This document shows positions 17,531 to 28,011 of a stretch of 32,000 nucleotides of DNA, one piece after another. Position numbers and translations under genes: made by a program. The stretch is from positions 1 through 32,000 of the forward strand of contig NZ_CP045876.1 in NCBI RefSeq assembly GCF_020541245.1, in the 5' to 3' direction. This DNA is from Candidatus Annandia pinicola (GTDB lineage Bacteria > Pseudomonadota > Gammaproteobacteria > Enterobacterales > Enterobacteriaceae_A). The notes beneath the pieces are model-generated. The model saw only the letters and a list, made by a program, of their open reading frames with translations. It was not told the DNA's origin and searched no databases. Within the stretch, counting starts at the first letter, position 1, and each line of letters starts with the position of its first letter.

Positions 17531-18649
17531 ATGAAATGCGTAGGTTTTATAGGATGGAGAGGTATGGTTGGATCTGTATTAATTGATAGAATGATATATA
17601 AAGGTAATTTCGATACAATTATTCCTTATTTTTTTTCTACATCTCAAGAAGGAAAAAAAGGACCTATATTATCTAAAAACCAAAATACTAATCATCTATA
17701 TAACGCTTATAATATTAATATTTTAAAAGAAATGAATATTATAATAACTTGTCAAGGAAGTAAATATACTAAAGAAATATATAAAAAACTAAGAAAAAAT
17801 AAATGGGGGGGGTATTGGATAGATGCTTCGTCTTATTTAAGAATGAAAAAAAATTCTATTATATGTTTAGATCCAGTTAATAAAGATATAATTTATAAAG
17901 GATTAAATAAAGGTATTAAAGATTTTATTGGTGGTAATTGTACAGTTAGTTTAATGTTAATGGCATTATCAGGACTATTTAAAAAAAAATTGATAGATTG
18001 GATATCTGTATCTACTTATCAAGCGGCTTCTGGAAGTGGTTCTAAAAATATGTGTGAATTATTAAAACAAATGGGGGTTATTTATAATAATATAAAAAAT
18101 GAATTAAAAGATACTAATTATAAAATTTTAGAAATAGAAAAAAAAATAAAAAATATTTCTTTATCAAATATAATGCCAATATATAATTTTAAATCTGTAT
18201 TAGCTGGAAGCTTAATTCCATGGATTGATAAAAAAATGAATAATGGACAAAGTCGTGAAGAATGGAAAGGTCAATCAGAAACTAATAAAATATTATCTAA
18301 TAAAAAAAAAATTATTATAGATGGATTATGTGTTAGAATTGGAACTCTTCGTTGTCATAGTCAATCATTAACTATAAAAATGAATAAAAACATTTCTATT
18401 CAAGAAATAAAAAAAATAATATTGAAAAATAATAAATGGATTAAAATTATACCAAATACATATAGTGAAACTATAAATAAACTAACACCTATAAATGTAT
18501 CAGGAACATTAAATATACTAATAGGTCGTTTACGTAAAATGAATATTGGTTCAAAATATATTTCTGCATTTACAGTAGGTGATCAATTATTATGGGGTGC
18601 TGCAGAACCAATTAGAAGAATGTTAAAAATTATAGTATCAAATACTTAA
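17531..18649 (+). CDS. asd: Aspartate-semialdehyde dehydrogenase
   Basis: 372-aa ORF. MKCVGFIGWRGMVGSVLIDRM aligns with E. coli MKNVGFIGWRGMVGSVLMQRM. The active-site block GGNCTVSLMLM and the motif VRIGTLRCHSQ are present. Confidence 0.96.
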   Translation: MKCVGFIGWRGMVGSVLIDRMIYKGNFDTIIPYFFSTSQEGKKGPILSKNQNTNHLYNAYNINILKEMNIIITCQGSKYTKEIYKKLRKNKWGGYWIDASSYLRMKKNSIICLDPVNKDIIYKGLNKGIKDFIGGNCTVSLMLMALSGLFKKKLIDWISVSTYQAASGSGSKNMCELLKQMGVIYNNIKNELKDTNYKILEIEKKIKNISLSNIMPIYNFKSVLAGSLIPWIDKKMNNGQSREEWKGQSETNKILSNKKKIIIDGLCVRIGTLRCHSQSLTIKMNKNISIQEIKKIILKNNKWIKIIPNTYSETINKLTPINVSGTLNILIGRLRKMNIGSKYISAFTVGDQLLWGAAEPIRRMLKIIVSNT

Positions 18650-18691
18650 TATTTTATTTTTTTTTAAATATTTATAATAATTATTTAAAAA

Positions 18692-19264
18692 TTAATAAAA
18701 AGAATGTTTTCCTTTTTTATGATTAGTATAATCTAAAACTCCATTAATTTCAGGAAATATTTTTTTTAGTTTTTTTTCGATTCCTTCTTTTAAAGTAAAG
18801 TTTGCCATAGAACATCCATTACAACTTCCTTTAAATTCTAATATTACATACTTATCTTTATTTATATCTATAAAATTTACATAACCATTATGTTTTTGTA
18901 ACTGAGGATTAATTATTTTATTTAAAGTATTAATTATTTGATCTTTTAATTTTTTTTTTTTTTTTATTTTTTTTTTTGAATTTGGAGCATGTAAAATTAA
19001 TTGTAATTCAAATTCGTTCTTTATAACATCTATTTTAGAGTTTTTAAAATAAATTACATCATCTTTGTTTAAACATACATAAATTTTTTTATATTTTATT
19101 TTAACAATATTATTATAATTATTATTTTTATCATAGTATGTAATACCACATTCTGCTATTATTGTTCCAGGATTTTTTATAAATAAAAATATTTTATTAT
19201 CTTTTTTTTTTTTATGTAAAATATATTCAAAATATTTAATAGCATTTTTTGTTATATTAATCAT
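18692..19264 (-). CDS. nfuA: Fe/S biogenesis protein NfuA
   Basis: 190-aa ORF. [14 protein letters not shown] aligns with E. coli [26 protein letters not shown] and [27 protein letters not shown] align with [28 protein letters not shown]. The C-terminus is GKHSFY. The linker is encoded by A11-T-A16 (mRNA sense) at 18950-18977. Confidence 0.92.
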   Translation of the reverse strand: [190 protein letters not shown]

Positions 19265-19392
19265 AATTTCCTTTTATAAATTTATATTATATTAATTTAT
19301 TTTTTTTTATTATTAATTTTTTTAATAATAAATATTATATTTTAATAAATATTTACTTATAATTTCTTTATTTTTTTATAAAAAGGTATTAT

Positions 19393-20556
19393 ATGAAATC
19401 AAAATTTATATTTTATATTATAAAAAAAATGTTTAAAATTCAATTAAATAAATATATTTATAATAAAATAAAAGTAAAACTAAAAAAAAAATCTTATGAA
19501 ATTATTATCGGAAATATGTTATTAAAAAGTAATATAATTGATTTAAAAAAAATAAAAAAAAAAAATATTTTATTAATTATCACTAATAAAAAAATATATA
19601 ATCTATATATAAATTATGTTTTTAATTTTTTTAAAAAAAAAAAAATAAAATATAATTTTTTTATTGTAAAAGATGGTGAATATTATAAAAATATGGATAC
19701 AGTTAATAATATTTTAAATCATTTATTATCTAATAATTATGATAAAAATACTATTTTAGTATCTTTAGGTGGTGGTGTTATTGGAGATATAACAGGTTTT
19801 GTTGCATCTATTTATCAAAGAGGTATTAAATTTATGCAAATACCAACTACTTTATTATCACAAATAGATGCTTCAATAGGTGGTAAAACAGGAATTAATC
19901 ATAAAATTGGTAAAAATATGATTGGAACATTTTATCAACCAATAAAAGTTTTAACAGATACATTTTTTTTAAAAACATTATCTAAAAAAGAATTAAAATC
20001 AGGTTTGGTTGAAGCTATTAAATATGGTATTATTTTAGATAAAAAATTCTTTTTTTGGATAGAAAATAATATTTATGATTTAATTAACATTAATAAAAAA
20101 AAAATTTTATATTGTATCAATCGTTGTTGTAAAATAAAATCTTATGTTGTTAAATGTGATGAAAAAGAAAGTAACATTAGATTATTATTAAATCTTGGTC
20201 ATACATATGGACATGCTATAGAAGCATTTACTAAATATAGTAAATGGTCTCATGGTGAATCAGTAGCTTCTGGAATAATAATGTCATGTTTTACTTCGGA
20301 ATCATTAAATATGTTTAAAAAAGAAAATACAAAAAGAATTATTAATTTATTTAAAATATTAGATTTAAATATTAAAGGACCAATTAATATGAATCCAATT
20401 GATTATATAAAATATATGATAATTGATAAAAAAACAACATCAAATAAAATAAAATTAATATTACCAACTGATATTGGAAAGTCTATTATTTTAAATAACG
20501 TTTCTATAAAAACTATAACAAATTCTATAAATGAACTAAAAAAATATAAATATTAA
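19393..20556 (+). CDS. aroB: 3-dehydroquinate synthase
   Basis: 387-aa ORF. LGGGVIGDITGFVASIYQRGIKFMQIPTTLLSQIDASIGGKTGINHKIGKNMIGTFYQP and LLNLGHTYGHAIE match E. coli AroB blocks. It is about 25 aa longer at the N-terminus than E. coli, and the internal ATG at 19429 is an alternative start. Confidence 0.9.
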   Translation: MKSKFIFYIIKKMFKIQLNKYIYNKIKVKLKKKSYEIIIGNMLLKSNIIDLKKIKKKNILLIITNKKIYNLYINYVFNFFKKKKIKYNFFIVKDGEYYKNMDTVNNILNHLLSNNYDKNTILVSLGGGVIGDITGFVASIYQRGIKFMQIPTTLLSQIDASIGGKTGINHKIGKNMIGTFYQPIKVLTDTFFLKTLSKKELKSGLVEAIKYGIILDKKFFFWIENNIYDLININKKKILYCINRCCKIKSYVVKCDEKESNIRLLLNLGHTYGHAIEAFTKYSKWSHGESVASGIIMSCFTSESLNMFKKENTKRIINLFKILDLNIKGPINMNPIDYIKYMIIDKKTTSNKIKLILPTDIGKSIILNNVSIKTITNSINELKKYKY

Positions 20557-20618
20557 TTTTTTTATTTAAATTATTTATAGAAATATATTTTAAATATTTT
20601 AAAAATAAAAAGGTAAAA

Positions 20619-21290
20619 ATGAAAAAATTCTTATTAGTCCCATCAATATTATCTGCTGATTTTGCTAATTTAGGTCTTGAAATTACAAGAGTATTATTAG
20701 CTGGTTATGATTTAATACATTTTGATGTTATGGATAATCATTATGTTCCTAATCTTAGTATGAGCCCAATAATATTGGATTCAATTATAAAATATGGTAT
20801 TAAACCATCATATATAGATGTACATTTAATGGTTAATCCAGCTGAAAAATTAATAGATATATTTGCAAAAAAAAGAGTTAATTGTATTAATTTTCATCCT
20901 GAAACAACATCAAATATATCAAAATCATTATCTTTAATAAAAAGTTATAATTGCAAAGCTGGATTAGTTATTAATCCTAATGATTCAATTGATTTTTTAT
21001 ATAATTTTATAAATAAATTAGATGTAATTGTAATTATGTTAGTTAATCCTGGTTTTAGTAATCAAAAATTAATACCTAATACAATTAAAAAAATAATTAA
21101 AATAAAAAAAATAATAATAGAAAGCGGGTGTAATGTTTCGATTGAAGTAGATGGAGGAATAACTATTGATAATATTAATAAAATAGCTAAATCTGGGGCA
21201 GATATTTTTGTAATTGGTTCTACTATATTTAATAGTAAAAATTACTTAAAAACAATTAAAAAAATACGTAATAAATTAATTAATATATAA
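20619..21290 (+). CDS. rpe: Ribulose-phosphate 3-epimerase
   Basis: 223-aa ORF. PSILSADFANLG, HFDVMDNHYVPNL, DVHLMV, NPGFSNQK and EVDGGI are canonical Rpe motifs. It lies between aroB and trpS, as in the E. coli operon. Confidence 0.93.
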   Translation: MKKFLLVPSILSADFANLGLEITRVLLAGYDLIHFDVMDNHYVPNLSMSPIILDSIIKYGIKPSYIDVHLMVNPAEKLIDIFAKKRVNCINFHPETTSNISKSLSLIKSYNCKAGLVINPNDSIDFLYNFINKLDVIVIMLVNPGFSNQKLIPNTIKKIIKIKKIIIESGCNVSIEVDGGITIDNINKIAKSGADIFVIGSTIFNSKNYLKTIKKIRNKLINI

Positions 21291-21333
21291 GAATTAAAAA
21301 TTAATTATTTATATAAAAAAACTATAAATTTGT

Positions 21334-22335
21334 ATGAAAAAAAAAATTATATTTAGTGCAATGCAACCTTCAGGAATAATAACATTAGGTAATTATATAG
21401 GAGCATTAAAAAACTGGCAAACAATACAAAATAAATATAATTGTATATATTGTATTGCTGATATGCATGCTCTTACAGTTAAAATTAATCCAAAATTATT
21501 AAAAAAAATAATTTTGGATAATGTTGCTTTATATTTATCATGTAATATAAATCCTAAAAAAAGCATTATTTTTATTCAATCTCATGTTAAGTACCATTCA
21601 CAATTATGTTGGATTTTAAATTGTTTTACATATTTAGGTGAATTAACCCGTATGACTCAATTTAAAAAAAAAATTAAAAATATTTTTAATGAAATAAATT
21701 TAGGATTATTAAGTTACCCAATATTAATGGCATCTGATATTTTATTATATCAAACAAAAATAGTACCAGTTGGTAAAGATCAAATACAACATTTAGAATT
21801 AAGTAAAAAAATTGCTAAAAGATTTAATAAAATTTATGGTAAAAATATATTTAATATACCAGAACCATTATTAAATAATGGTAATAAAATTATGTCATTA
21901 TCTAATCCTAAAAAAAAAATGTCTAAATCTGATAAAAATTTAAATAGTTTTATTAGTTTGTTAGATGATCCTAAAAATATAGCTAAAAAAATTAAAAGAT
22001 CTTTAACTGATATAGATATTCCCCCTAAAATCTATTATGATATTAAAAATAAACCTGGAATTTCTAATTTATTATTAATATTATCAAATTTAACTGGAAA
22101 AAAAATTTCTGTTATAGAAAAAGAATTTAAAAATAAAGATTACTCTTGTTTAAAAATAGATGTTATTAATTGTATTACAGATACATTAAATGATATACAA
22201 CATAAATTCTATTTGTATCGTAATAATGAAGATTTTTTAAAACAGGTTTTAACATATGGATCTAAAAAAGCTTCTCAATATGCTAAAAAAACTATTATAA
22301 AAGTATACAATACAATTGGTTTATATCATTTATAG
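21334..22335 (+). CDS. trpS: Tryptophanyl-tRNA synthetase
   Basis: 333-aa ORF. IFSAMQPSGIITLGNYIGAL, GELTRMTQFK, VPVGKDQIQHLELS and the KMSKS motif (KKMSKSD) are present. Stop is TAG at 22333-22335. Confidence 0.96.
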   Translation: MKKKIIFSAMQPSGIITLGNYIGALKNWQTIQNKYNCIYCIADMHALTVKINPKLLKKIILDNVALYLSCNINPKKSIIFIQSHVKYHSQLCWILNCFTYLGELTRMTQFKKKIKNIFNEINLGLLSYPILMASDILLYQTKIVPVGKDQIQHLELSKKIAKRFNKIYGKNIFNIPEPLLNNGNKIMSLSNPKKKMSKSDKNLNSFISLLDDPKNIAKKIKRSLTDIDIPPKIYYDIKNKPGISNLLLILSNLTGKKISVIEKEFKNKDYSCLKIDVINCITDTLNDIQHKFYLYRNNEDFLKQVLTYGSKKASQYAKKTIIKVYNTIGLYHL

Positions 22336-22336
22336 T

Positions 22337-23509
22337 TTACTTATTATATTTATTATGTTTAGTAAAAAATGTTAATAATATACTCATAAAAAAAACAATT
22401 AAATAAAGTATATTTGAAGTATATAAAGTTAAATAAGTATTATTAGAAGATAATAAAAAATTACTTGCATTAAATGTAATGAAGCTACCTGTAGTTCCTG
22501 AAATTAAAGTTAAATTTACAAATTTTATAGAAGGTATTTTAGTTTGCATAGCACTTAAAGTAATAATTATTGTATATATAGCACTTGAAAAAAAACCTAT
22601 AAAAATCATTATAAAACTTAATAAATTAAAATTATTACATTGTAAGAATATAAATATAAATAAAGAAGACATTCCAGTTAAAAATATTAATATTTTTTGT
22701 AAATCTAAAATTTTATTTATATAACTAAAAAACCACATACCTAACATATAAAAAAACCAAAATATACTTGCTATTTTATTTTCATTAAGAGAATCAATTT
22801 TTATAAAATTTTTAACATAAGTAGGAATCCAACTAATAAACATAGATTGAGCTGAAATATAAAATAAAGACAATAAAAATAATAAAATATTTTCTAATTT
22901 TAAAGATTCTTTTTCTTTATAATTATTTTTTATTTTACTTTCTAAATTATTGAAATCAGTTATTAAAGTTAAACAAAAAATAATAAAATATACTAAACTA
23001 ACTAATAAATAAATCCAAAAAAAATCAATTTTTTTAAAAATTAAAAACCCTGATATCATTGGAAATATTATACCAGAAACACTAAAAAAAGAATCAGTAA
23101 TAAGCATATAAAAACCACGTTGTTTGCCTTCATAAATATTTGCTATTAAAAAAGTACCTATAGATAAGGATAAACCTCCAACAAATCCCATTAAAAAAAT
23201 AAATAAAGAAAATATTTCTATAATTTTATTATTAAAAAACAAAATTATCATTGAAATAATTACTAAAAAAAAACTAAATATTATTTTGTTTTTTATAAAA
23301 ACATTTTTTTTAATATAAGTATTTACTATCATAGCAACTAGAATACCTAAATTTAAAAATGCAAAATGTAAACTCATATTACTTAAAGATACTTTAAAAT
23401 ATATAGAAAGATTACCAATTATATTTCCAGTTATTACAGCTAATGCTCCAGTAAAAGAATATAATAAAAAACTAATAATAGTTAATTTTTTAATATTTAA
23501 ATTAATCAT
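22337..23509 (-). CDS. tsgA: MFS-type membrane protein TsgA
   Basis: 390-aa polytopic ORF. [72 protein letters not shown] and [11 protein letters not shown] align with E. coli TsgA [72 protein letters not shown] and QTKVPSPKLVN. Its TAA stop complement (22337-22339) is 1 nt from the trpS stop. Confidence 0.82.
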   Translation of the reverse strand: [390 protein letters not shown]

Positions 23510-23679
23510 AACAACCTCTTTTTTAAGTTTATAAAATAATTTATTTTTTTTTATTGATAAATATAAAAATATAGTTAAATATTATAATATAAAAATAATA
23601 TTTTAAATAAAAAAATTATTGTATAATAATTTTATTATTTTTTTTAATATTATTATATAATTTATTTAGGATTTTTTTT

Positions 23680-24156
23680 ATGGTTACTATTAATCAATTA
23701 GTAAAAAAATCAAGATCTAAAAAAATTATAAAAAGTAAAGCAGCTGCATTAGAATCTTCACCCCAAAAAAGAGGTGTATGTATTAAAGTATATACTACCA
23801 CTCCTAAAAAACCTAATTCTGCATTACGTAAAGTATGTCGTGTTCGTTTAACAAATGGTATGGAAGTAACATCTTATATTGGAGGAGAAGGTCATAATTT
23901 ACAAGAACATTCTGTAGTATTAATAAGAGGTGGCAGAGTAAAAGATTTGCCAGGTGTAAGATATCATACTATAAGAGGAGCTTTAGATTGTGATGGAGTT
24001 AAAAATAGAAAAAAATCTAGATCAAAATATGGTGTAAAGAAAGTAAAAAATGAATCTAATGATAAAAATAATAATAAAAACAATAAAAAAAAAATTAATA
24101 ATAATAAAAAAAAAAACGATAAAAATAAAAATAATAATAATAGTAAATTAAAATAG
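23680..24156 (+). CDS. rpsL: 30S ribosomal protein S12 with a 34-residue Lys/Asn-rich C-terminal extension
   Basis: Residues 1-124 align without gaps to E. coli S12 ([61 protein letters not shown]). The frame then continues for 34 more codons (24052-24153, [34 protein letters not shown]). It ends at a TAG embedded in the rpsG SD, TAGGAG. Confidence 0.95.
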   Translation: MVTINQLVKKSRSKKIIKSKAAALESSPQKRGVCIKVYTTTPKKPNSALRKVCRVRLTNGMEVTSYIGGEGHNLQEHSVVLIRGGRVKDLPGVRYHTIRGALDCDGVKNRKKSRSKYGVKKVKNESNDKNNNKNNKKKINNNKKKNDKNKNNNNSKLK

Positions 24157-24164
24157 GAGCATAA

Positions 24165-24635
24165 ATGTCAAGACGTCGTTTATTTAAAAAACATAAAATA
24201 ATTCCTGATCCTAAATTTGGATCTGAAATATTATCTAAATTTATTAATTTATTAATGTTAAAGGGTAAAAAAACAATAGCAGAAAAAACAGTATATAAAG
24301 CATTAAAAATTTTATCTGAACGTGTTGGTGAAAATGAAATAGATTCGTTTATAATGTCATTAAATAATATAAAACCTATTATAGAAGTAAAATCTAGAAG
24401 AATAGGAGGATCTACATATCAAATCCCTACAGAAATAAAATCATTTCGTAGAAATACATTAGCTATGCGTTGGATAATTAATGCTGCAAGAAAAAGAAAA
24501 GATAAATATATGTATTTAAAATTAGCTAATGAATTATATGATGCTAAATATAATAAGGGTTTAGCTGCAAAAAAAAAAGAGGAAATACATCGTTTAGCTG
24601 AATCTAACAAAGCATTTGCTCATTATAAATGGTAA
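24165..24635 (+). CDS. rpsG: 30S ribosomal protein S7
   Basis: 156-aa ORF with an AGGAG SD 5 nt upstream. [45 protein letters not shown] and NKAFAHYKW are typical of S7. Confidence 0.96.
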   Translation: MSRRRLFKKHKIIPDPKFGSEILSKFINLLMLKGKKTIAEKTVYKALKILSERVGENEIDSFIMSLNNIKPIIEVKSRRIGGSTYQIPTEIKSFRRNTLAMRWIINAARKRKDKYMYLKLANELYDAKYNKGLAAKKKEEIHRLAESNKAFAHYKW

Positions 24636-24676
24636 TCTAGATTTTTATTATTATTAAAAAAAAAAGAGGAAAAAAA

Positions 24677-26785
24677 ATGTCACGTACAACACCTATTTCA
24701 AATTACCGTAATATTGGTATAAGTGCTCATATAGATGCTGGTAAAACTACTACTACTGAAAGAATTTTATTTTATACTGGAGTTAATTATAAGATTGGTG
24801 AAGTACATGACGGTGCAGCAACTATGGATTGGATGGCTCAAGAACAAGAAAGGGGAATTACTATTACTTCAGCAGCTACTACAACATTTTGGTCTGGAAT
24901 GAATAATCAATTTAAACCACATAAAATTAATATAATTGATACTCCAGGACATGTAGATTTTACTATTGAAGTAGAAAGATCAATGAGAGTTTTAGATGGT
25001 GTTGTTATGTTATATTGTGCTGTTGGTGGTGTTCAACCTCAATCAGAAACAGTATGGCGTCAAGCTAATAAATATAAAGTTCCTAGAATTGCATTTATTA
25101 ATAAAATGGATCGTATAGGTTCTAATTTTTTAAAAGTGATTGATCAAATGAAAAATAAATTGTATGCATGTCCAGTTCCAATTCAATTACCTATTGGATC
25201 AGAAAATAATTTTGTTGGTGTTATTGATTTAATAAAAATGAAAGCTATTTATTGGGATGATAAAAATAATGGTATTTATTTTAAATATTGTGATATTCCT
25301 AAAAATATGTTAAAAGAATCAAAAAGATGGAATAAAAAATTAATAGAAAGTGCATTAGAAGATAATGAATATTTAATGGAAAAATATTTAGATGGAATTG
25401 ATATTTCTGAAAAAGAAATAAAATTAGAATTAAGAAATCTTGTATTAAAAAATAAAATTATGATAGTTACATGCGGATCTTCTTTTAGAAATAAAGGAGT
25501 TCAAGCCATGTTAGATGCAATTATTGATTATTTACCATCACCAAAAGATAAAATTTGTAATAAAAATATTTATTTTAATAAAAGTAAAAAAAAAAATAAT
25601 AAAAATAAAGAACCTTTTTCTGCTTTAGCTTTTAAAATATCTAATGATTCATTTGTAGGAAACTTAACTTTTTTTAGAGTTTATTCTGGTATGATAAAAA
25701 CTGGAGATATAATCTTAAATTCAGTAAAAAAACAAAAAGAAAGATTAGGAAGAATAGTACAAATGCATGCAAATAAAAGAGAAGAAATTAAAGAAGTACA
25801 TTCTGGTGATATAGCAGCAGCTATAGGTTTAAAAAATGTTACAACAGGGGATACTTTATGTGATCCTGATAATAATATAATTTTAGAAAAAATAGATTTT
25901 CCAGAACCAGTAATTTCCGTTGCTTTAGAACCAAAAACTAAAATTGATCAAGAAAAAATGGGAATGTCTTTATCAAAATTGGCTAAAGAAGATCCTTCTT
26001 TTAAATTTTGTACTGATTTAGAATCTAATCAAACAATTATTTCTGGAATGGGGGAATTACATTTAGAAATTATTGTAGATCGTATGAAAAGAGAATTTAA
26101 TGTTGAAGCTAATATAGGAAAACCTCAAGTTGCTTATAGAGAAACAATAAAAGAAAAAGTTATTAATGTTGAAGGAAAATATATTAGACAATCTGGTGGT
26201 AGAGGACAATATGGACATGTAGTAATTGATTTATCTCCATTAAAAAATAGTAAATCAAATTATTTATTCATTAATGATATTAAAGGTGGTGTTATACCTA
26301 ATGAATATATATTAGCAATTAATAAAGGAATTCAGGAACAATTAAAATCTGGACCATTAGCAGGTTATCCAGTGGTAAACATATTAGTTAGATTACATTT
26401 TGGTTCTTACCATGATGTAGATTCATCTGAATTAGCTTTTAAATTTGCAGCTTCTATGGCTTTTAGAGATGCTTTTAAAAAAGCTTGTCCTGTTTTATTA
26501 GAACCTATTATGAAAGTTGAAATAATTACTCCAGAAAGTTATATGGGAGAAGTTATTGGTGATTTAAATAGAAGAAGGGGAATGATAGAAGGAATGGAAA
26601 GTAATTTAATGGATAAAATAATTACATCTAATGTACCTTTATCAGAAATGTTTAATTATTCAACTGATTTAAGATCAAAAACTCAAGGTAGAGCATTATA
26701 TTCTATGGAATTTTTAAAATATAGTGAAACTCCTAATTTAATTTCAGAAAAAATTATTAAATTACGTGGTAAAAAAAATATTTAA
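24677..26785 (+). CDS. fusA: Elongation factor G
   Basis: 702-aa ORF with a [41 protein letters not shown] and long blocks such as [33 protein letters not shown] are near-identical to E. coli EF-G. It is noticeably more G/C-rich than its surroundings. Confidence 0.98.
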   Translation: MSRTTPISNYRNIGISAHIDAGKTTTTERILFYTGVNYKIGEVHDGAATMDWMAQEQERGITITSAATTTFWSGMNNQFKPHKINIIDTPGHVDFTIEVERSMRVLDGVVMLYCAVGGVQPQSETVWRQANKYKVPRIAFINKMDRIGSNFLKVIDQMKNKLYACPVPIQLPIGSENNFVGVIDLIKMKAIYWDDKNNGIYFKYCDIPKNMLKESKRWNKKLIESALEDNEYLMEKYLDGIDISEKEIKLELRNLVLKNKIMIVTCGSSFRNKGVQAMLDAIIDYLPSPKDKICNKNIYFNKSKKKNNKNKEPFSALAFKISNDSFVGNLTFFRVYSGMIKTGDIILNSVKKQKERLGRIVQMHANKREEIKEVHSGDIAAAIGLKNVTTGDTLCDPDNNIILEKIDFPEPVISVALEPKTKIDQEKMGMSLSKLAKEDPSFKFCTDLESNQTIISGMGELHLEIIVDRMKREFNVEANIGKPQVAYRETIKEKVINVEGKYIRQSGGRGQYGHVVIDLSPLKNSKSNYLFINDIKGGVIPNEYILAINKGIQEQLKSGPLAGYPVVNILVRLHFGSYHDVDSSELAFKFAASMAFRDAFKKACPVLLEPIMKVEIITPESYMGEVIGDLNRRRGMIEGMESNLMDKIITSNVPLSEMFNYSTDLRSKTQGRALYSMEFLKYSETPNLISEKIIKLRGKKNI

Positions 26786-26822
26786 GATTAATAATTGTTA
26801 TATTATAAAAAATAAGGAAATT

Positions 26823-28007
26823 ATGTCTAAAGAAAAATTTCAAAGAATTAAACCACATATTAATGTTGGTACTATAGGTCATGTAGATCATGGAAAAACA
26901 ACTTTAACAGCAGCTATAACTACAGTACTATCTAAAATTCATGGTGGTTCTGCTAAAGCTTTTGAACAAATAGATAATGCTCCTGAAGAAAAAGCTCGTG
27001 GTATAACTATTAATACTTCTCATGTAGAATATAATACTAGTAAACGTCACTATGCTCATGTAGATTGTCCTGGACATGCAGATTATGTTAAAAATATGAT
27101 AACAGGGGCTGCTCAAATGGATGGAGCTATTTTAGTAGTTGCTGCTACAGATGGGCCTATGCCTCAAACAAGAGAACATATATTATTAGGAAGACAAGTT
27201 GGGGTTCCTTATATAATGGTATTTTTAAATAAATGTGATATGGTTGATGATGAAGAATTATTAGAATTAGTAGAAATGGAAGTTCGTGATTTACTTACAC
27301 AATATGAGTTTCCTGGTAATAAAATACCAATAGTAAGAGGGTCTGCTTTAAAAGCTTTAGAAGGTGATCCAAAATGGGAACAAAAAATTGTAGAATTAGC
27401 AAATCATTTAGATAATTATATACCAGAACCTAAAAGAGATATTGATAAACCATTTTTATTACCTATTGAAGATGTTTTTTCAATATCTGGAAGAGGAACA
27501 GTAGTTACTGGTCGTGTTGAAAGAGGATCTATCAAAATTGGAGAAGAAATTTCTATTATTGGAATAAAACCAACTACAAAAACAATATGTACTGGTGTAG
27601 AAATGTTTAGAAAATTATTAGATGAAGGAAGAGCTGGTGAAAATATTGGAGTTTTATTAAGAGGTACTAAAAGAGAAGAAATAGAAAGAGGACAGGTGTT
27701 AGCTAAACCAAATACTATTAAACCTCATACTAAATTTGAAGCAGAAGTATATATATTATCTAAAGAAGAAGGGGGTCGTCATACTCCATTTTTTAAAGGA
27801 TATCGTCCACAATTTTATTTTAGAACAACAGATGTTACAGGTTTAATTGAATTACCTAAAGGCGTTGAAATGGTAATGCCTGGAGATAATATAAAAATGA
27901 ATGTTGTATTGATACATCCTATAGCTATGGAAGATGGTTTAAGATTTGCAATTAGAGAAGGTGGACATACTGTAGGGGCTGGTATTGTATCTAAAATAAT
28001 TGAATAA
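26823..28007 (+). CDS. tuf: Elongation factor Tu (start trimmed)
   Basis: [33 protein letters not shown] begins at the ATG at 26823, with an AAGGA SD 4 nt upstream. The track start at 26766 is a GTG inside fusA that adds 19 non-homologous residues. The product is 394 aa, the same length as E. coli EF-Tu. Confidence 0.98.
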   Translation: MSKEKFQRIKPHINVGTIGHVDHGKTTLTAAITTVLSKIHGGSAKAFEQIDNAPEEKARGITINTSHVEYNTSKRHYAHVDCPGHADYVKNMITGAAQMDGAILVVAATDGPMPQTREHILLGRQVGVPYIMVFLNKCDMVDDEELLELVEMEVRDLLTQYEFPGNKIPIVRGSALKALEGDPKWEQKIVELANHLDNYIPEPKRDIDKPFLLPIEDVFSISGRGTVVTGRVERGSIKIGEEISIIGIKPTTKTICTGVEMFRKLLDEGRAGENIGVLLRGTKREEIERGQVLAKPNTIKPHTKFEAEVYILSKEEGGRHTPFFKGYRPQFYFRTTDVTGLIELPKGVEMVMPGDNIKMNVVLIHPIAMEDGLRFAIREGGHTVGAGIVSKIIE

Positions 28008-28011
28008 AAAT

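Noticed and set aside
26766-26822. N-terminal extensions given by the ORF track: a GTG at 26766 for tuf, a TTG at 28000 for secE, a TTG at 15807 for rsmD, and an ATG at 13386 for rplI.
   Set aside because: The extensions use non-ATG starts or overlap the SD or the upstream gene. They add residues with no homology, and downstream ATGs with properly spaced AAGGA/AGGA motifs reproduce the E. coli N-termini.
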